In this document: piece after piece, positions 38,201 through 52,000 of the stretch | Position numbering within the stretch: position 1 is the stretch's first letter | How the letters are laid out: the number at the start of each line of letters is the position of its first letter | Origin: Octopus sinensis | Lineage: Eukaryota | Length of the DNA: 64,000 nucleotides | Assembly: GCF_006345805.1 (NCBI RefSeq) | Contig: NC_043015.1 | Location: 52,762,001-52,826,000, forward strand | Reading direction: 5' to 3' | Position numbers and translations under genes: made by a program | The notes under the pieces: model-generated | What the model saw: the letters and a program-made list of their open reading frames with translations, nothing else | Told to the model about the DNA's origin: nothing | Databases searched by the model: none

Positions 38201-38611
38201 AGAGCATTCAAATTACTCTGTCAAATGTAATGATTATTTATTCACACTGTTTCAAATTAATCATGCATTATCTTCTGGCTTTGAGATTTCAATGATGCGA
38301 GTGTTTTTCGATAATGACATTGCAGAGTAGGTGTGAAAGGCCAGATCTGGTCAGTATCAACATAAAAAAAAGTAAAATATTTAGGTTGGACATGGCCAGT
38401 TTAACTGCCAAATGTTTGCCATATATTTCTATCGCAGAATCCTGACAATATAAAGCAACAGATTATGCTAAGCACTCAGATACTCAATCCCACTTAAATG
38501 AAGAGCATTCCTTCATCTTCTTCCTCTTCTTGTTTTTCTCCTGTCTTGCAAGATACTTCGCTATTTCACTCCTGCAAGTTACATGGAACCAAAACTCAGT
38601 ATATTCTTTTA

Positions 38612-38972
38612 TTCCTTTACTTGTTTCACTCATTTGACTGCAGCCATGCTGGAGCACTACCTTTAGTCAAGCAAATCGATCTCCAGGACTTATTTTTTGT
38701 AAGCCTAGTACTTATTCTATCAGTTTCTTTTTGCCGAACTGCTAAGTTATGGAGAGTAAACACACCCACATCGGTTGTCAAGTAATGTTGGTGGGGACAA
38801 ACACACACACACATACATATATATAAATACATATATACGATGGGCTTCTTTCAGTTTCCGTCCACCATATCCACTCACAAGGCTTTGGTCAGCCTGAGGC
38901 TGTAGTAGAAGGTGCCACGCAGTGGGACTGAACTCAGAACCATGTGGTTGGTAAGCAAGCTACTTACCACAC
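38612..38972 (-). mobile_element. SINE family A, full length
   Basis: Same head/microsatellite/tail organisation on minus strand. Confidence 0.85.
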
Positions 38973-38984
38973 AACCAGCCCTCA

Positions 38985-39185
38985 GGGGCAAAACATGGAG
39001 GGGACAAACAAGGACAGACAAAGGGATTAAGTTGATTACCTTGACCTCAGTGTGTAACTAGTACTTATTTAATCAACTCTGAAAGGATGAAACGCAAGTT
39101 CGACCTCAGCAGAATTTGAACTCAGAACATAAAGACAGACAAAACACCACTAAGCATTTCGCATGGTGTGCTAATGATTCTGCCA
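38985..39185 (-). mobile_element. SINE family B
   Basis: gaaaggatgaaacgcaagttcgacctcagcagaatttgaactcagaac...gattctgccagc. Confidence 0.8.
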
Positions 39186-41011
39186 GCATGTATTATAGGT
39201 GGTTTGCAGCTATGGAAACCATGCCAAAGCTGGTATCAGAGCCCAATGCAGCCCTGGAGCTTTTACTAGATCCTGTCAAACTGTCCGACCCATGCTAGCA
39301 TGGAAAAGAAACATTAAATGTTGCTGCTGTTGATGATGATGATGATGAGGAGGAAGATATGGTCATGATAACAGATTAACTATTTCAAATGTTAAAGCCA
39401 GTTTCACTTTCAGTTTCTCTCTTTTACCCTGTGTATATATACTTATGCTCCCTATTCTGGGTTTTTGCAATGAAATAAGTCACAACGCAGCTATATGAAT
39501 ATATGTGTGGCTAAATATTTAAAAAGAACCAAAGTCATCAACCATTTAGGACTTGAAAATAACAAGCGACAAATCTTAACCATAGTTCTTTCATAAATGG
39601 CATACTTAACCTTAGCTTCTACATAAACTCACAGGAAGGCCAATGATAAAAACAACTGACATCAATATCAGGTCATGTCAACCACTCATAATTTTTAAGA
39701 ACCTTGTCTAGAGCATAAGCAAGAGAACATGGAAACTATTTGCAAATAAAGACATTTGCAATAGCATGTCTACTTATTATAATGATGCCCTGACAACCAG
39801 TGAATTTAAACAAGACATTTTTATAGCTCTTACAGTAACATCCCATACTTGAGGCCTCTAATACTGTTAAACACAAAAGATGGTATAATATTATCTGGTT
39901 TAGCCCATCCTAATCACTTAATGTAAAATGCAAGCATTTTCCCTTTAGCCACAGATATAAGAAATTATTCAACATGCACATCCTTAAAGTAAATTATAGT
40001 TGTACAGCTAACGTGATAAATATTATATCACATAAATCCACATTTACACACAAAGTTGCTTTGGCAGAAATGTTAATGCTTGCCTACAAAACAAATCCCA
40101 AATGAAAAATTTATATAATATACATACACGCATATATATATATATATGTATATATATATACATATATATATATATTAGTATATACATAATATATATGTTT
40201 TATATCATACATAAAGTACAATATAGATAATACACTACACACACATACATATATAAAGACATACACAACACACATATATGATATAATATATTCTATTTGC
40301 CATGAAACCACATTCATGAATAAATATTCAGAGAGACTCTCTCCATGTTGTCATAAGATATTCAAGATATTTAAATACTATGAGCCTATCACACTTCCCA
40401 GTAGATAAGACCGCACAATATTTTTTTTCAATATCTTTTTACATTATTTTTTATATTGTTCTTCTATATTCTTTTATTTGCCAATTTTGTATTTAATTAA
40501 TTATTTCCCTTTTTCATTCTTTTCACTCTTTTTATTCCATTCTAACATCTTTCACCCATATTCTAAACTTCTTACAAATAAACATATAAACATTAAACGA
40601 CAAATGACACATCCAATACAGTCCACCATTTTTAATGAATTATTCAAACTTTCCAAATTTAATTTTTTTTTAATTCTCATGTAATCCATATTTTAACAAG
40701 ATCACACCAAAATTCCCAGATTCAAATATCCACCTTTGTAAATGTATTTAAATCATAATTTTTTTAAAATTAAAATACAATTTTTTTACTTCGTTTTAAA
40801 TTTAAAAATTTAACCCTATCAATATTCTTACATTTTTAAATTCGATATTCTTAAAATTTTAAAATTAAAATTGTCGTTCAGAAAAAATTATCTTCTTTAA
40901 AAATCATAGAGATGACAGAAAATCTTTGATCATAATTCTTTAAATACAATCCACACCCAAATCCACATTTAGTGATGGTCACAATCATAATCCATTTTAA
41001 TAAACTCTACT

Positions 41012-41372
41012 TAGGCACAGACATTGATTGTGTGGTCAAAAATTCCCAGCCACATGGTTGTAGGTTCAATCCCACTGCATGTCACTTTGGGCAAGCCCTG
41101 GGCCAACCAAAGTCTTGTGAGTGAATCTGGTGCGCAGAAACTGAAAGAAGCCTCTCGTGTGTGTGTGTGTGTGTGTGTATGCTTGTCCCCACTATTGCTA
41201 GACAACTAGTGTTGATTTGTTTGTGTTGTTGTGACTTAACAGTTCAGCAAAAGAGACCAATAGAATTAGTACCAGACTTAAAAAAAAAACCCAGGGTCAA
41301 TTCAGTTGATCAAAATTCTTCAAGATGGTGCCCCAGCATGGCCACAGTCTAATGACTGAAGCAAGTAAAAAG
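41012..41372 (+). mobile_element. SINE family A, diverged full length
   Basis: ggttcaatcccactgcatgtcactttgggcaag...ctgaaagaagcctctcg(TG)n...gactgaagcaagtaaaaga. Confidence 0.8.
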
Positions 41373-41401
41373 ATAATAATAATAATGTGTGTGTGTGTGT
41401 G

Positions 41402-41435
<34 letters not shown>

Positions 41436-41849
41436 AAGACACTTGAGCAAGATGCCATGCAATGGGGTTGAACCCAGAACCAAGTGGTTGGTGTGGTGAT
41501 GGTAATGAAGATGATAGTTATACTGATGGCAATGGTTGTGATGATGATGATGAGGTTGGTATAAGGCTGGAACATATTTAAGAGGAGATAATGGCGATAA
41601 TGGTGCTGGTGAATTTGGTGGTAGTAGTAGTAGTAGGAGGAGGAGGAGTGGGGGTGATGATGGAGAGATTGGGAAGAAGGGAGGGCATGTAATGACTGGT
41701 GCTGGTATTTCAGAAGCTTGGCAATAAAGCAAGAAAAAGTCAAAGTGTGTGTGTGCATGTGAGATGGTTTTCTTTTTTGTTGACGGTCAGGAAGCAGATC
41801 TTCTCTGCACTGAGAGAGAGTGACAGACAGACAGACAGAGACCGACTTT

Positions 41850-42685
41850 GGTTGCAACATTCTGAACAGATGATTTGCGAAGACAAAATCATTGATGTTG
41901 TCAAGGTCAAAGAAATACAGGTAAAGCTGATACTTTAATCGTTTTTGCTTGATGCTGAAGCCTTTGTCTAGGATGGGGATCAACACATTTTCTGTGTAGT
42001 CCACCAGAATCACAAAAGGGAAGGCCATAAGGGTTCCTAAATCATAAAGGGATTCCAATTTCTGCTGGAAACTCTAGAGCTGCACAAATTTTATTGGGTT
42101 TTCATATATGATGGTTATAGCTTTTGACAATCTCATGTGGGATACCATGGTTCAAGAGAACATGTAGCTTGGATTTTCTGTTGAGAGTATCAAAAAGATC
42201 TGTGAAAGAGTATGGTCTAGCGGTTACAGTGTTGCATTCATGAATGTAAGATCAGGGATTTCAATTCCTGGGTCAAGCAATGCATTGCATTCTTGAGCAA
42301 AACACTTCATTTCTGATTTCTTTGTGATCTCATCAACATCTGACATGTAGCACACGGTGATCCTGTGCAGTTAATGTTGATCGGATGGAAGGAGTGGGCT
42401 AATGGGCGGCACAAATATTTGGTCATTATAAACAAATCATTTGTGCAAATTGTACAAGATGTTGTAGAACCCTCATTTGACATATATGATAGGAGAGTCC
42501 ACAACCAAAAAATTCATGGAGAAACCTACAAATGCAATTGATGCCTTTTGCTTGGAGAATCTGAGCTCTTTGATGGTTCTTCTAAGGATAATGATCTGTG
42601 GTAGCATTGATTTGCCTTTGCAGATGATATTTCTGTACCATCATAGGATGGGATCAATATGAGGAGAAATTCTGTTAAGCAGAAT
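41850..42685 (-). pseudogene. Decayed RTE-type LINE reverse transcriptase, interrupted by an insertion
   Basis: Colinear minus-strand pieces: ILLNRISPHIDPIL*WYRNIICKGKSMLPQIIILRRTIKELRFSKQKASIAFVGF (42520-42683); FDTLNRKSKLHVLLNHGIPHEIVK/AITIIYENP (42085-42185, with a frameshift); GFSIKQKRLKYQLY (~41925-41965). These match RTE RT motifs (LLNRI.P..D..L, FVDF.KAFDS, GIP..IV.AI..Y, GL.IN.KKT). A SINE head/CORE fragment lies at 42210-42315. Confidence 0.7.
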
Positions 42686-42844
42686 AGATTTGTAAATTTG
42701 GGTGACTAGAGGTCAGGGCAGTTACACTTTTACCTCTGATCACAAAACAAGCAGTAATTTTGATAAGCTAACATGCTCACATACATACTAACATTCACAC
42801 GTGCAAAGAGAAACATTCAAATCTATACATACATACATATAGAC

Positions 42845-43237
42845 TCTTTACTCTTTTACTTGTTTCAGTCATTTGACTGTAGCCATGCTGGAGCACCACC
42901 AAAAGTCAAGCAAATCAACCCCAGGACTTATTCTTTGTAAGCCTAGTACTTATTCTATCGGTCTCTTTTGCCGAACCGCTAAGTTACGAGAACGTAAACA
43001 CACCAGCATCGGTTATCAAGTGATGTTGGGGGGACAAACACAGACACACATATATATATATATATATACACGACGGGCTTCTTTTCAGTTTCTGTCTACC
43101 AAATGCACTCACAAGGCTTTGGTCGGCCCGAGGCTATAGTAGAAGACACTTGCCCAAGGTGCCATGCAGTGGGACTGAACCCGGAACCATGCACTTCATA
43201 AGCAAGCTACTTACCGCACAGCCACTCCTACGCCTAT
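42845..43237 (-). mobile_element. SINE family A, full length
   Basis: Complete organisation on minus strand. Confidence 0.9.
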
Positions 43238-43557
43238 ACGCGATCTGATCAAAAACTATCAGTGGGCTGTTGCTATGGTAACAGAGCTGAAGTGTGCAGA
43301 GTGAAGCCACTTGGTGCAGATTAACCTTGAACTCTGTTATAACGTTCCCTCACACCCCCAGTCAGGCGGTACTGGCAACAGCCACGCCTAAATGGTATTT
43401 TTTTACGTGCCACCTGCATATAAAAGTAAATATATGTGCATACATAGATACATACAAACACTGACATATTCAAACATGTAGTGTAGGTATGTGCCATTCA
43501 AAATAGGTAGCATAACAGTGCCTTCATCAGTCGAATATACTCAGAAAGCACATAAAT

Positions 43558-43588
<31 letters not shown>

Positions 43589-43643
43589 CAACATACGATA
43601 TATACTTACATATACGAACGTATACATACATATATATGCACGT

Positions 43644-43811
43644 ATAGGCGCAGGAGTGGCTGTGTGGTAAGTAGCTTGCTAACCAACCACATGGTTCCGG
43701 GTTCAGTCCCACTGCGTGGCATCTTGGGCAAGTGTCTTCTGCTATAGCCCCGGGCCGACCAATGCCTTGTGAGTGGATTTGGTAGACGGAAACTGAAAGA
43801 AGCCTGTCGTA

Positions 43812-43860
<49 letters not shown>

Positions 43861-44054
43861 CTATGTTTGTCCCCCTAGCATTGCTTGACAACCGATGCTG
43901 GTGTGTTTACGTCCCGGTCACTTAGCGGTTCGGCAAAAGAGACCGATAGAATAAGTACTGGGCTTACAAAGAATAAGTCCCGGGGTCGATTTGCTCGACT
44001 AAAGGCGGTGCTCCAGCATGGCCGCAGTCAAATAACTGAAACAAGTAAAAGAGT
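43644..44054 (+). mobile_element. SINE family A, young full-length copy
   Basis: Nearly identical by eye to 61085-61470; short possible TSD tatgcac on both sides. Confidence 0.92.
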
Positions 44055-44126
44055 ATGCACACGACCAGTTATTTCCAGCATGGTGGTATCTGTTAGATAG
44101 TCTAAATTATAATTTTAAATAATTAC

Positions 44127-44165
<39 letters not shown>

Positions 44166-44309
44166 TGCGTCTTTGTATGTATAGACAGATAAATTGATAG
44201 AAATCTGTATGCATAACCATACACAAAGATATATGCGTAAATATACATTCATATACGTATGTACATATACATAAACCCTTACATATATATGTATGTATTT
44301 ATATGTACA

Positions 44310-44456
44310 TAGGCATAAGAAGCTTACTTTCCAACCACACAGTTCCAGGTTCAGTCCCACTGTGTGGCACTTAGGCTAAGTGTCTTCTACTATAGCCTCG
44401 GGCTAACCAAACACTTGTGAGTGGATCTGGCAGGTGGAAACTGAAAGAAGCCCATC

Positions 44457-44490
<34 letters not shown>

Positions 44491-44680
44491 GTATTTGTCA
44501 CCCCACAATCACTTAGCAACCGATGTTGGTGTGTTACCATCCCTGATACTTAGCAGTTTAGTAATAGAGACTGATAGAATAAGTACCAGGCTTACAAAAA
44601 ATAAGTCCTGGGGTCGAATTGTTTGACTAAAGGCAGTGCTCCAGCATGGCCACAGTCAAATGACAAACAAAAAAATGAAA
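44310..44680 (+). mobile_element. SINE family A
   Basis: Head, (TA)n, tail. Confidence 0.8.
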
Positions 44681-44685
44681 AAAGA

Positions 44686-44716
<31 letters not shown>

Positions 44717-45343
44717 AACATACATACATACACACAAACAAACACAGATGTATATACATAAATGTACATGCACGTATAATTGTGTACTTCATAAAGTAGA
44801 GTACATTGCAAGTGTTGTATGAAGTAGAAAGTGTATATATATATATATATATACACTATGTGTATGTATAAACATGTGTGTGGGTATATATATTTATATA
44901 TGTATGCATGCTACATATAAATCTGTTTATATAATGTGCACACACACACATGCACACACATACACAAACACAGACATGCATATATATATAGAAATATGCA
45001 CACACACATACAAACACACACAAACATGCATGCACACATTTACAAACACATACAAATATACGTGCACACATATATACAAACACACACATATATACATATA
45101 TACATACAAACACATAAACAATATGCACATACACACATGCAGATGTATGATTTCAGCCAATACCTCATGCGTAAATTAAACTTAATTAAATATAACAGAC
45201 AATTGTAAACAACTGTCCAGTGTGCTTGATTAACTTTAATTAAATTTAATTTACACACAGTGTCAGCTGAAATCTATAGGTTTACTTGTAATAGTGCAAT
45301 GCAACTTTGCTAACAAAGGCTGCTAACGTGTCAGTATGATTAC

Positions 45344-45384
<41 letters not shown>

Positions 45385-45400
45385 GTATTTACAAATATAC

Positions 45401-45752
45401 ATAGGTGCAGGAGTGGCTGTGTGGTAAGTAGCTTGCTTACCAATCACATGGTTCCAAATTCAGTCCCACTGTGTGGCACCTTGGGCAAGTGTCTTCTACT
45501 ACAGCCTTGGGCTGACTAAAGCCTTGTGAGTGGATTTGGTAGACGGAAACTGAAAGAAGCCCATCATATATATATACATGTATATGTTTATTTGTCCCCC
45601 CCACCATCGCTTAACAGTCGATGTTGGTGTGTTTACATCCGTATAACTTAGGCTTACAAAGAATAAGTTCTGGGGTCGATTTCTTCAACTAAAGGCAGTG
45701 CTCCAGTATGGCCGCAGTCAAATGACTGAAACAAGTAAAAGAGTAAAAGAGA
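45401..45752 (+). mobile_element. SINE family A
   Basis: ataggtgcaggagtggctgtgtggtaag...aaacaagtaaaagagtaaaaga. Confidence 0.88.
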
Positions 45753-46620
45753 ATATTCATAACTACACACTGATGCACAGATATATGTATGTCATGTGTT
45801 TCTGAGTGTGCGTATGTATTTTACTGGTTCCATCCATCCATCCGTGGCCATGCTGGAGCAATCAGTTGGTAATTCATTACACTGTTACTTGCTGTTAGCT
45901 GTTACCACACATATAAAGTGTATCTTCCATTCTGCGCGTACGCACACACACACACACAAGCACATATATTTGTATGGTGTCTGCTAAAATTTTGTTGAGA
46001 ACCTACTCTTTGTGGTAAGGCGATCTGACGTCTATCTTTAGCATGTTAGGAATCCACTTTGGTGGTCGGTCATTCCTCTTATTTTGCATGTAATATAACT
46101 TTTAATCTTTGGATTTTTTAAATATGCTAAGCCACTGGTTTTATTTGATTAACCTCAATTTCTACCCTCGTTATTTATGTATAAATATATATGGGCGGTG
46201 CATGAAAAAACAGTCTAGGTTCCATAGCATAATGGAAATACAGAAATAAATTTACTCGCACAAAAACAGCACCCAACCTTTCGTTTGCAAGTGTCATTCT
46301 GCTGTCTCACCTGAAAAATGTAGGCTTTTAATCATTGTACACATGTGAAATGGCATGGCTTCAGATTAATCCTTTTCAATACTCGTTGCTATGATCTCTT
46401 CCTTATATGTAGGACTGCTGCACCAATTCATATGCTGACTTCTTTTGACTTTGAGTAATCCTGACAATCTGGCGTTCAAACTCTAGCGTGTCTTTGTTTT
46501 GGGGTGTCGTGCACTGACCCCGTTGTGCGCCACTTCTTAACCGACATTTGTATCGTTGGAGTAAAGATTATTTGCCAACATAACATGGCAGTCCTGGTTT
46601 AGGACGAATGTTACTGTAAT

Positions 46621-46740
46621 TTAGCCCCAGGAGACATCATCTCCAGCTGGCTATACGACATGATTTGTATCCTTATGTTTTTGAACAAGGACACAGATCA
46701 TGTTGTATAGCCAGCTGGAGACAATGTCTCCTGGGGTTAA
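46621..46740. repeat. Inverted repeat, ~53-bp stem, ~13-nt loop
   Basis: ttagccccaggagacatcatctccagctggctatacgacatgatttgtatcctt versus reverse complement ttaaccccaggagacattgtctccagctggctatacaacatgatctgtgtcctt. Confidence 0.92.
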
Positions 46741-46830
46741 CACAACACATCACCTGGTCCAGGAATTGAAACCACAATCTTACAATTATGATGCTGACAC
46801 CCTAACCACTAAGCCACGCGCCTCCACATT
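46740..46830 (-). mobile_element. tRNA-derived SINE head truncated at a foldback element
   Basis: Minus reads tggaggcgcgtggcttagtggttagggtgtcagc...ggtttcaattcctggacc. Confidence 0.7.
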
Positions 46831-47140
46831 TACCAGAAATATGACTTCAAAAATTTCTCACATTTGCTTAACAGAACCCGTTCTCACAAACGCTTTCACA
46901 ATCTCTATTCTTTCCACTATTGAGTACATCATCTTGCAGAAAAGGCTACAGAAGTTCTCTCAATGCAATCTTACAATTAACTAACGAGGTGAGGATCTGA
47001 TGAGGATAGCGTAGCAAACATTTGACAAGAGCGCCATCTTTATTCAGCAATTACAAGTGGTCAGAATAACACAGTAACAGTTGCAAATGAAACGCCGGGT
47101 GCTTTTTTCATGTGTGTACATATATTTTTCTGTATTTATA

Positions 47141-47499
47141 TTATGACACGTATCTTCTATAGCCATGTGGTAACTGAAACATTGTCAGTGGATTTGATAA
47201 GCAAAAACTGAAAAAAGCCCTTCCTACATGTGAGTGTGTGTGTGTGTGTGTGTGTTTGCGAATCTTTGTCTTGACATCATGTGATACTTGTAAATGTGTC
47301 ACTGTCATACAAGCAGTCTCATTCACTTCAGGTATTCTGCATAAAGATGTCAGGCCATGGGGAAATGATATTATGTTTGTTTGAAACAGGTGAGTATCAT
47401 TAAGAGAAGGGGCATCTGGCCATAGAAAAAAATCTGCTTCAATAAGTTCCATTTCACTCATGCAATCATGGAAAAGTGGACATTAACACAATGATGATG

Positions 47500-47500
<1 letters not shown>
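47141..47500 (+). mobile_element. SINE family A partial head joined to RTE-like tail
   Basis: cttctatagcc...gtggatttg...ctgaaaaaagccc-(TG)n-gtcttgacatc...catggaaaagtggacattaacacaatgatgatg. Confidence 0.65.
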
Positions 47501-47530
<30 letters not shown>

Positions 47531-48149
47531 GTGTACGTACGTCTGTGTATGCTTATGTGTGGGTGGGTGTGATCCCTTACTGCTAACAAATATGTAGGAA
47601 TTATCTACGCAACAGTTACAGAAATACAATCAGCATTGTAAAGAGGAAAAAGATACAAGGGCTCTTTGAATGAATAACAGGGACCCAATCCTACTTTATT
47701 TTTAAATGAACAACAAAACTTTGAAAAGGGTTTTTATGAGGTAGCACTGGTGGAAAGGAGTAGCTGCTCTCAAAATCCATGATGTGGACCACAATATGTG
47801 TGCATGTGTGTGTGTGCACATACATGCACATGTGTGTATCATCTCTCTCTGTACATTTATGAGGCTGTCTGTGTTTTAGCAAGGCAATGTGTGTATGCTC
47901 ACATATACATAGTCAGTCTCTCTCTCTCTCGCGCTCTCTCTGTATTCCTCCCTCTCTCAGCATCACTTGTAATGAGATGGGTACCAGCAGAAGGAAAACA
48001 GAAAAAAATAACCCGAGAACGGAACCAGGAAAACTACAAATGGATGAAGACCTGCTGAACGTGTGCAGAGAGTACTGTACTTTTTTTTTTCACTGTGCAA
48101 ATAACCAACCACCTTTTATGTCCCATAAAATAGCTGACAAAAGCATCAT

Positions 48150-48430
48150 ATCATCATCGTTTAACGTCCGTTTTCCATGCTAGCATGAGTTGGACGGTTA
48201 GACCGGGGTCTGGAAAGCCAAGAGGCTGCACCAGGCTCCAGTCTGATCTGGCAGTGTTTCTACAGTTGGATGCCCTTCCTAACGCCAACCACTCCTTGAG
48301 TGTAGCGGGTGCTTTTTATATGCCACCGGCACAGGTGCCAGGGGAGGCTGGCAACGGCCATGATTGGTTAGTGCTTTTTACGTGCCATCCATCTTTACAT
48401 CCTTTTTTCTATGCTAGCATGGGTTAGATA
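48150..48430 (-). mobile_element. Retroposon family C
   Basis: catcatcgtttaacgtccgttttccatgctagcatg...gatgcccttcctaacgccaacc. Confidence 0.85.
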
Positions 48431-50079
48431 AATATGGTATTGAGACCCTTCCTGTTGCTAATACTGGCATTTTTTTCAGAGTAAAAGATTTCTTTTTTCA
48501 CATGTGATTCAAGACACAAAGCCAGAAGGTAATTTGTTAACACAGTGCCGCCACTTGCAGCCATGCCATTCTTGTGCAACTGCAAATGTTAAGTATTCAG
48601 ATGCACATGCACACACACACACGTGTGATGGGCTTCATTTAGTTTCCATCTGCCAAATCTACTCACAAAACTTTGGTCAATCTGGAAGTAAAAGACCCTC
48701 CCTCCAAGTTGGCATGTGAGACTAAACCTGAAAGAACATGGATGGAAAGTAAACTCCTTAACTATAAACCCATTAAGAACTTGGCTTGTTCCTGGCATAA
48801 AATGTCCTCCCCACCCTCTCAAATACTGACTGAGACAGCGCCCCCCCCCTTTTCCCCTTTGCTTGTTCTTTTCTGCTTTGTAAATTAATTTGCACTCATG
48901 TGACGGTGACACCAAAAATGAGCAGACATGCCAAAATGGAAAACAGACGTTCACTTATGGTGATGATGATGATGGTGATGATGATGATGATGATGGTGAT
49001 GATGTTATGCATTATATATAGGTTCTATGTTACACAGATAATTGGTGGTTAGAAACATCATTTCTACTATTGTGATAAACAATGTGTCATGAGGTTGTTA
49101 ATGCTCTCATTTTGTTTGTACATTGCACTGTAAAACCAGAAGGTGGACCAAACGGAAAGTGAATTTCTTTAATTACATATTGTTATCTATGTGCTTATAT
49201 GTGTGTGCATGTGGATGATAAGAAAGAGAGAGCTATATGATCTATACGTATGTATTTGTTCAATTGAAGCCATATCTTGTACATTTTACCTTTTTCATAC
49301 ACGCCTAAGTTGATACCAAGTATCGTTCTTCGAGCTTGTTAGACACACACACACAAGCATACACACACACACGTATATGGCTGTGGTAGAGGCATCGCAG
49401 AGGTGAGGGCTGGTTGTATGATAAAGTGTCTTCTACTATAGCCCTGAGCCAACTAAACCTTTGAGAATGGATTTGTAGATAGAAACTGAAAAAATCCTGC
49501 TGCATATATATGTATGTGTGAGCCTGTGTGTATGTCTATATGTATGCACACATATTTGTACCAACCGACATAAGAGTTAGCAACAGGAAAGGCATCCAGC
49601 CAAGAAAATCTGCCTAACAAATATGGGAAACTAAACATTAAACCAATGGTAATGACGGATATATATATATGTGTGTAGAAGGATAGCTAGATAGATAGAT
49701 AGATATTCAAAGGAAATACATATATATATATATATATATATATGTGTGTATGTGTATATATGTGTCTTTATGTGCATATATCTCTAGAAGTAGCCATACT
49801 TCAAAAACTGGTGTGAGAGCATTTACATGCGTATATGCATTTATGTGCGTATGTCTGTATTTATTTAAGTTTCCATTTCAAAGATTGTATACACACTTAC
49901 ATATACTGCTATACCCTTGTTTTCGCCTATCAAAATACACACGTTTCAGTAGATGTCTATCTATGTGCCTGATTTTGGTTTGTGTGCATCCTAGCGCAAG
50001 TTTGCATGCACACATGGGAATACCCGGCTGTGTCTATGCAAATATGCACATACTCGTGTGTGTGTATACATATATACAT

Positions 50080-50127
50080 ACAGGGTTGTAAATATATTAT
50101 ATATATATACACACACACATACGGGTT

Positions 50128-50165
<38 letters not shown>

Positions 50166-50591
50166 ATGTACACATATATGCATATATACAAATGTATACA
50201 TACATATACACACATATATAGATACATATTTACATATATATATATACATACATACATATATATACATATCCATATCCATACATATATGTATACATACATA
50301 TATACATATCTATACACATACATATATACATATTTATACATACATATATACATATTTATACATACATATATACATATTTATACATACATGTATACATACA
50401 TGTATATATATATATATACACATATATGTATACATATATATATATATATATACATACACATATACATATATATATACATGTATACTTATATATATACATA
50501 CATGTATACATATATATATACATACATGTATACATATATATATACATACATGTATACATATATATATACATACATGTATACATATATATAT

Positions 50592-50622
<31 letters not shown>

Positions 50623-50750
50623 CATATATATATACATATATACATATATATACATATATATATACATACATATACACATATATAGATACATACATATACA
50701 CATATATAGATACATACATATACATACACACATATATATATATATATCCA
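50080..50750. repeat. Compound (TA)/(TACA) satellite including a 24-bp unit catgtatacatatatatatacata
   Basis: Direct reading; similar compound blocks at 14990-15540, 31390-31580, 51530-52000, 52390-53030. Confidence 0.9.
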
Positions 50751-51129
50751 CACACAGAAACACACATGCTAGCATGGAAAGCAGACGTTAAACGATGATG
50801 ATATATATATATCAACATGCAAAATTATATCAAAAGTACATTTTCTGAGAATCTTCAGCTTAAGATTTGTGGTTGGAAGCAAAGGAAAAATGATCCTCAA
50901 TGTATATTTATGTTTGAGACGGTGCTTAATTTTCATTATGGACTGTTATCTGGGTCTATAATTTTGAGTGTGTCTGTCTGTATGTAACTGTGCAAGCTCA
51001 TGTTTATGTTATTAATAATATGTGTTCATGTAGACCAGCTGCATAAGTTTGTGCGAGTGTGTGTGTGTGTGTTTGTGGGGGAGTGGTGTTAAAAAAGGTT
51101 TATATGTACATATAAGGGATATGTTTCAC

Positions 51130-51497
51130 AAGGCCTGAAATTTTAGGGGGTGTGGGGGTGGGCAGTCGGTTAGATCGACCCCAGTATGTAAATGGTACTT
51201 AATTTATCGACCCCAAAAGGATGAAAGGCAAAGTTGACCTCGGTGGAATTTGAACTCAGAATGTGAAGACAGATGAAATACCTATTTCTTTACTACCCAC
51301 AAGGGGCTAAACACAGAGAAACGGATTAAGTCGATTATATCGACCCCAGTGCATAACTGGTACTTATTTAATCGACCACGAAAGGTTGAAAGGCAAAGTC
51401 GACCTCGGCAGAATTTGAACTCAGAACATAGTAGCAGACGAAATACCGCTAAGCATTTCGCCCGGTGTGCTAACGTTTCTGCCAGCTTGCCGCCTTT
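51130..51497 (-). mobile_element. Two tandem SINE family B copies
   Basis: Core occurs twice (51200-51265, 51365-51430); intact head at 51430-51497. Confidence 0.85.
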
Positions 51498-52000
51498 GCA
51501 TATGTATATATTGTCATAAATAGGTATATGTATATATAAATGACTGTGTATTTGTGTATCTATATGTGTACGTGTATATGCACACTATATATTCAAACAT
51601 ACCTATACATATATACATACATACATACACATTCATACAGACATACATACATTCATATATATACATACATATATATATATATAATATACATACATACATA
51701 CATATATATACACATACATATATATACACATACATTATATACACATACATATATATACACATATATATATATATATATATGCATATATATATATATATAC
51801 ATACACATACATATATATTATATACATATACATACATACACATGCATATATATATATATATAACATATACATACATACATACATACATACACATGCATAT
51901 ATATATATATATACATATACATACATACATACATACATACACATGCATATATATATATATATACATATACATACATACATACATACATACATATAAAGGT

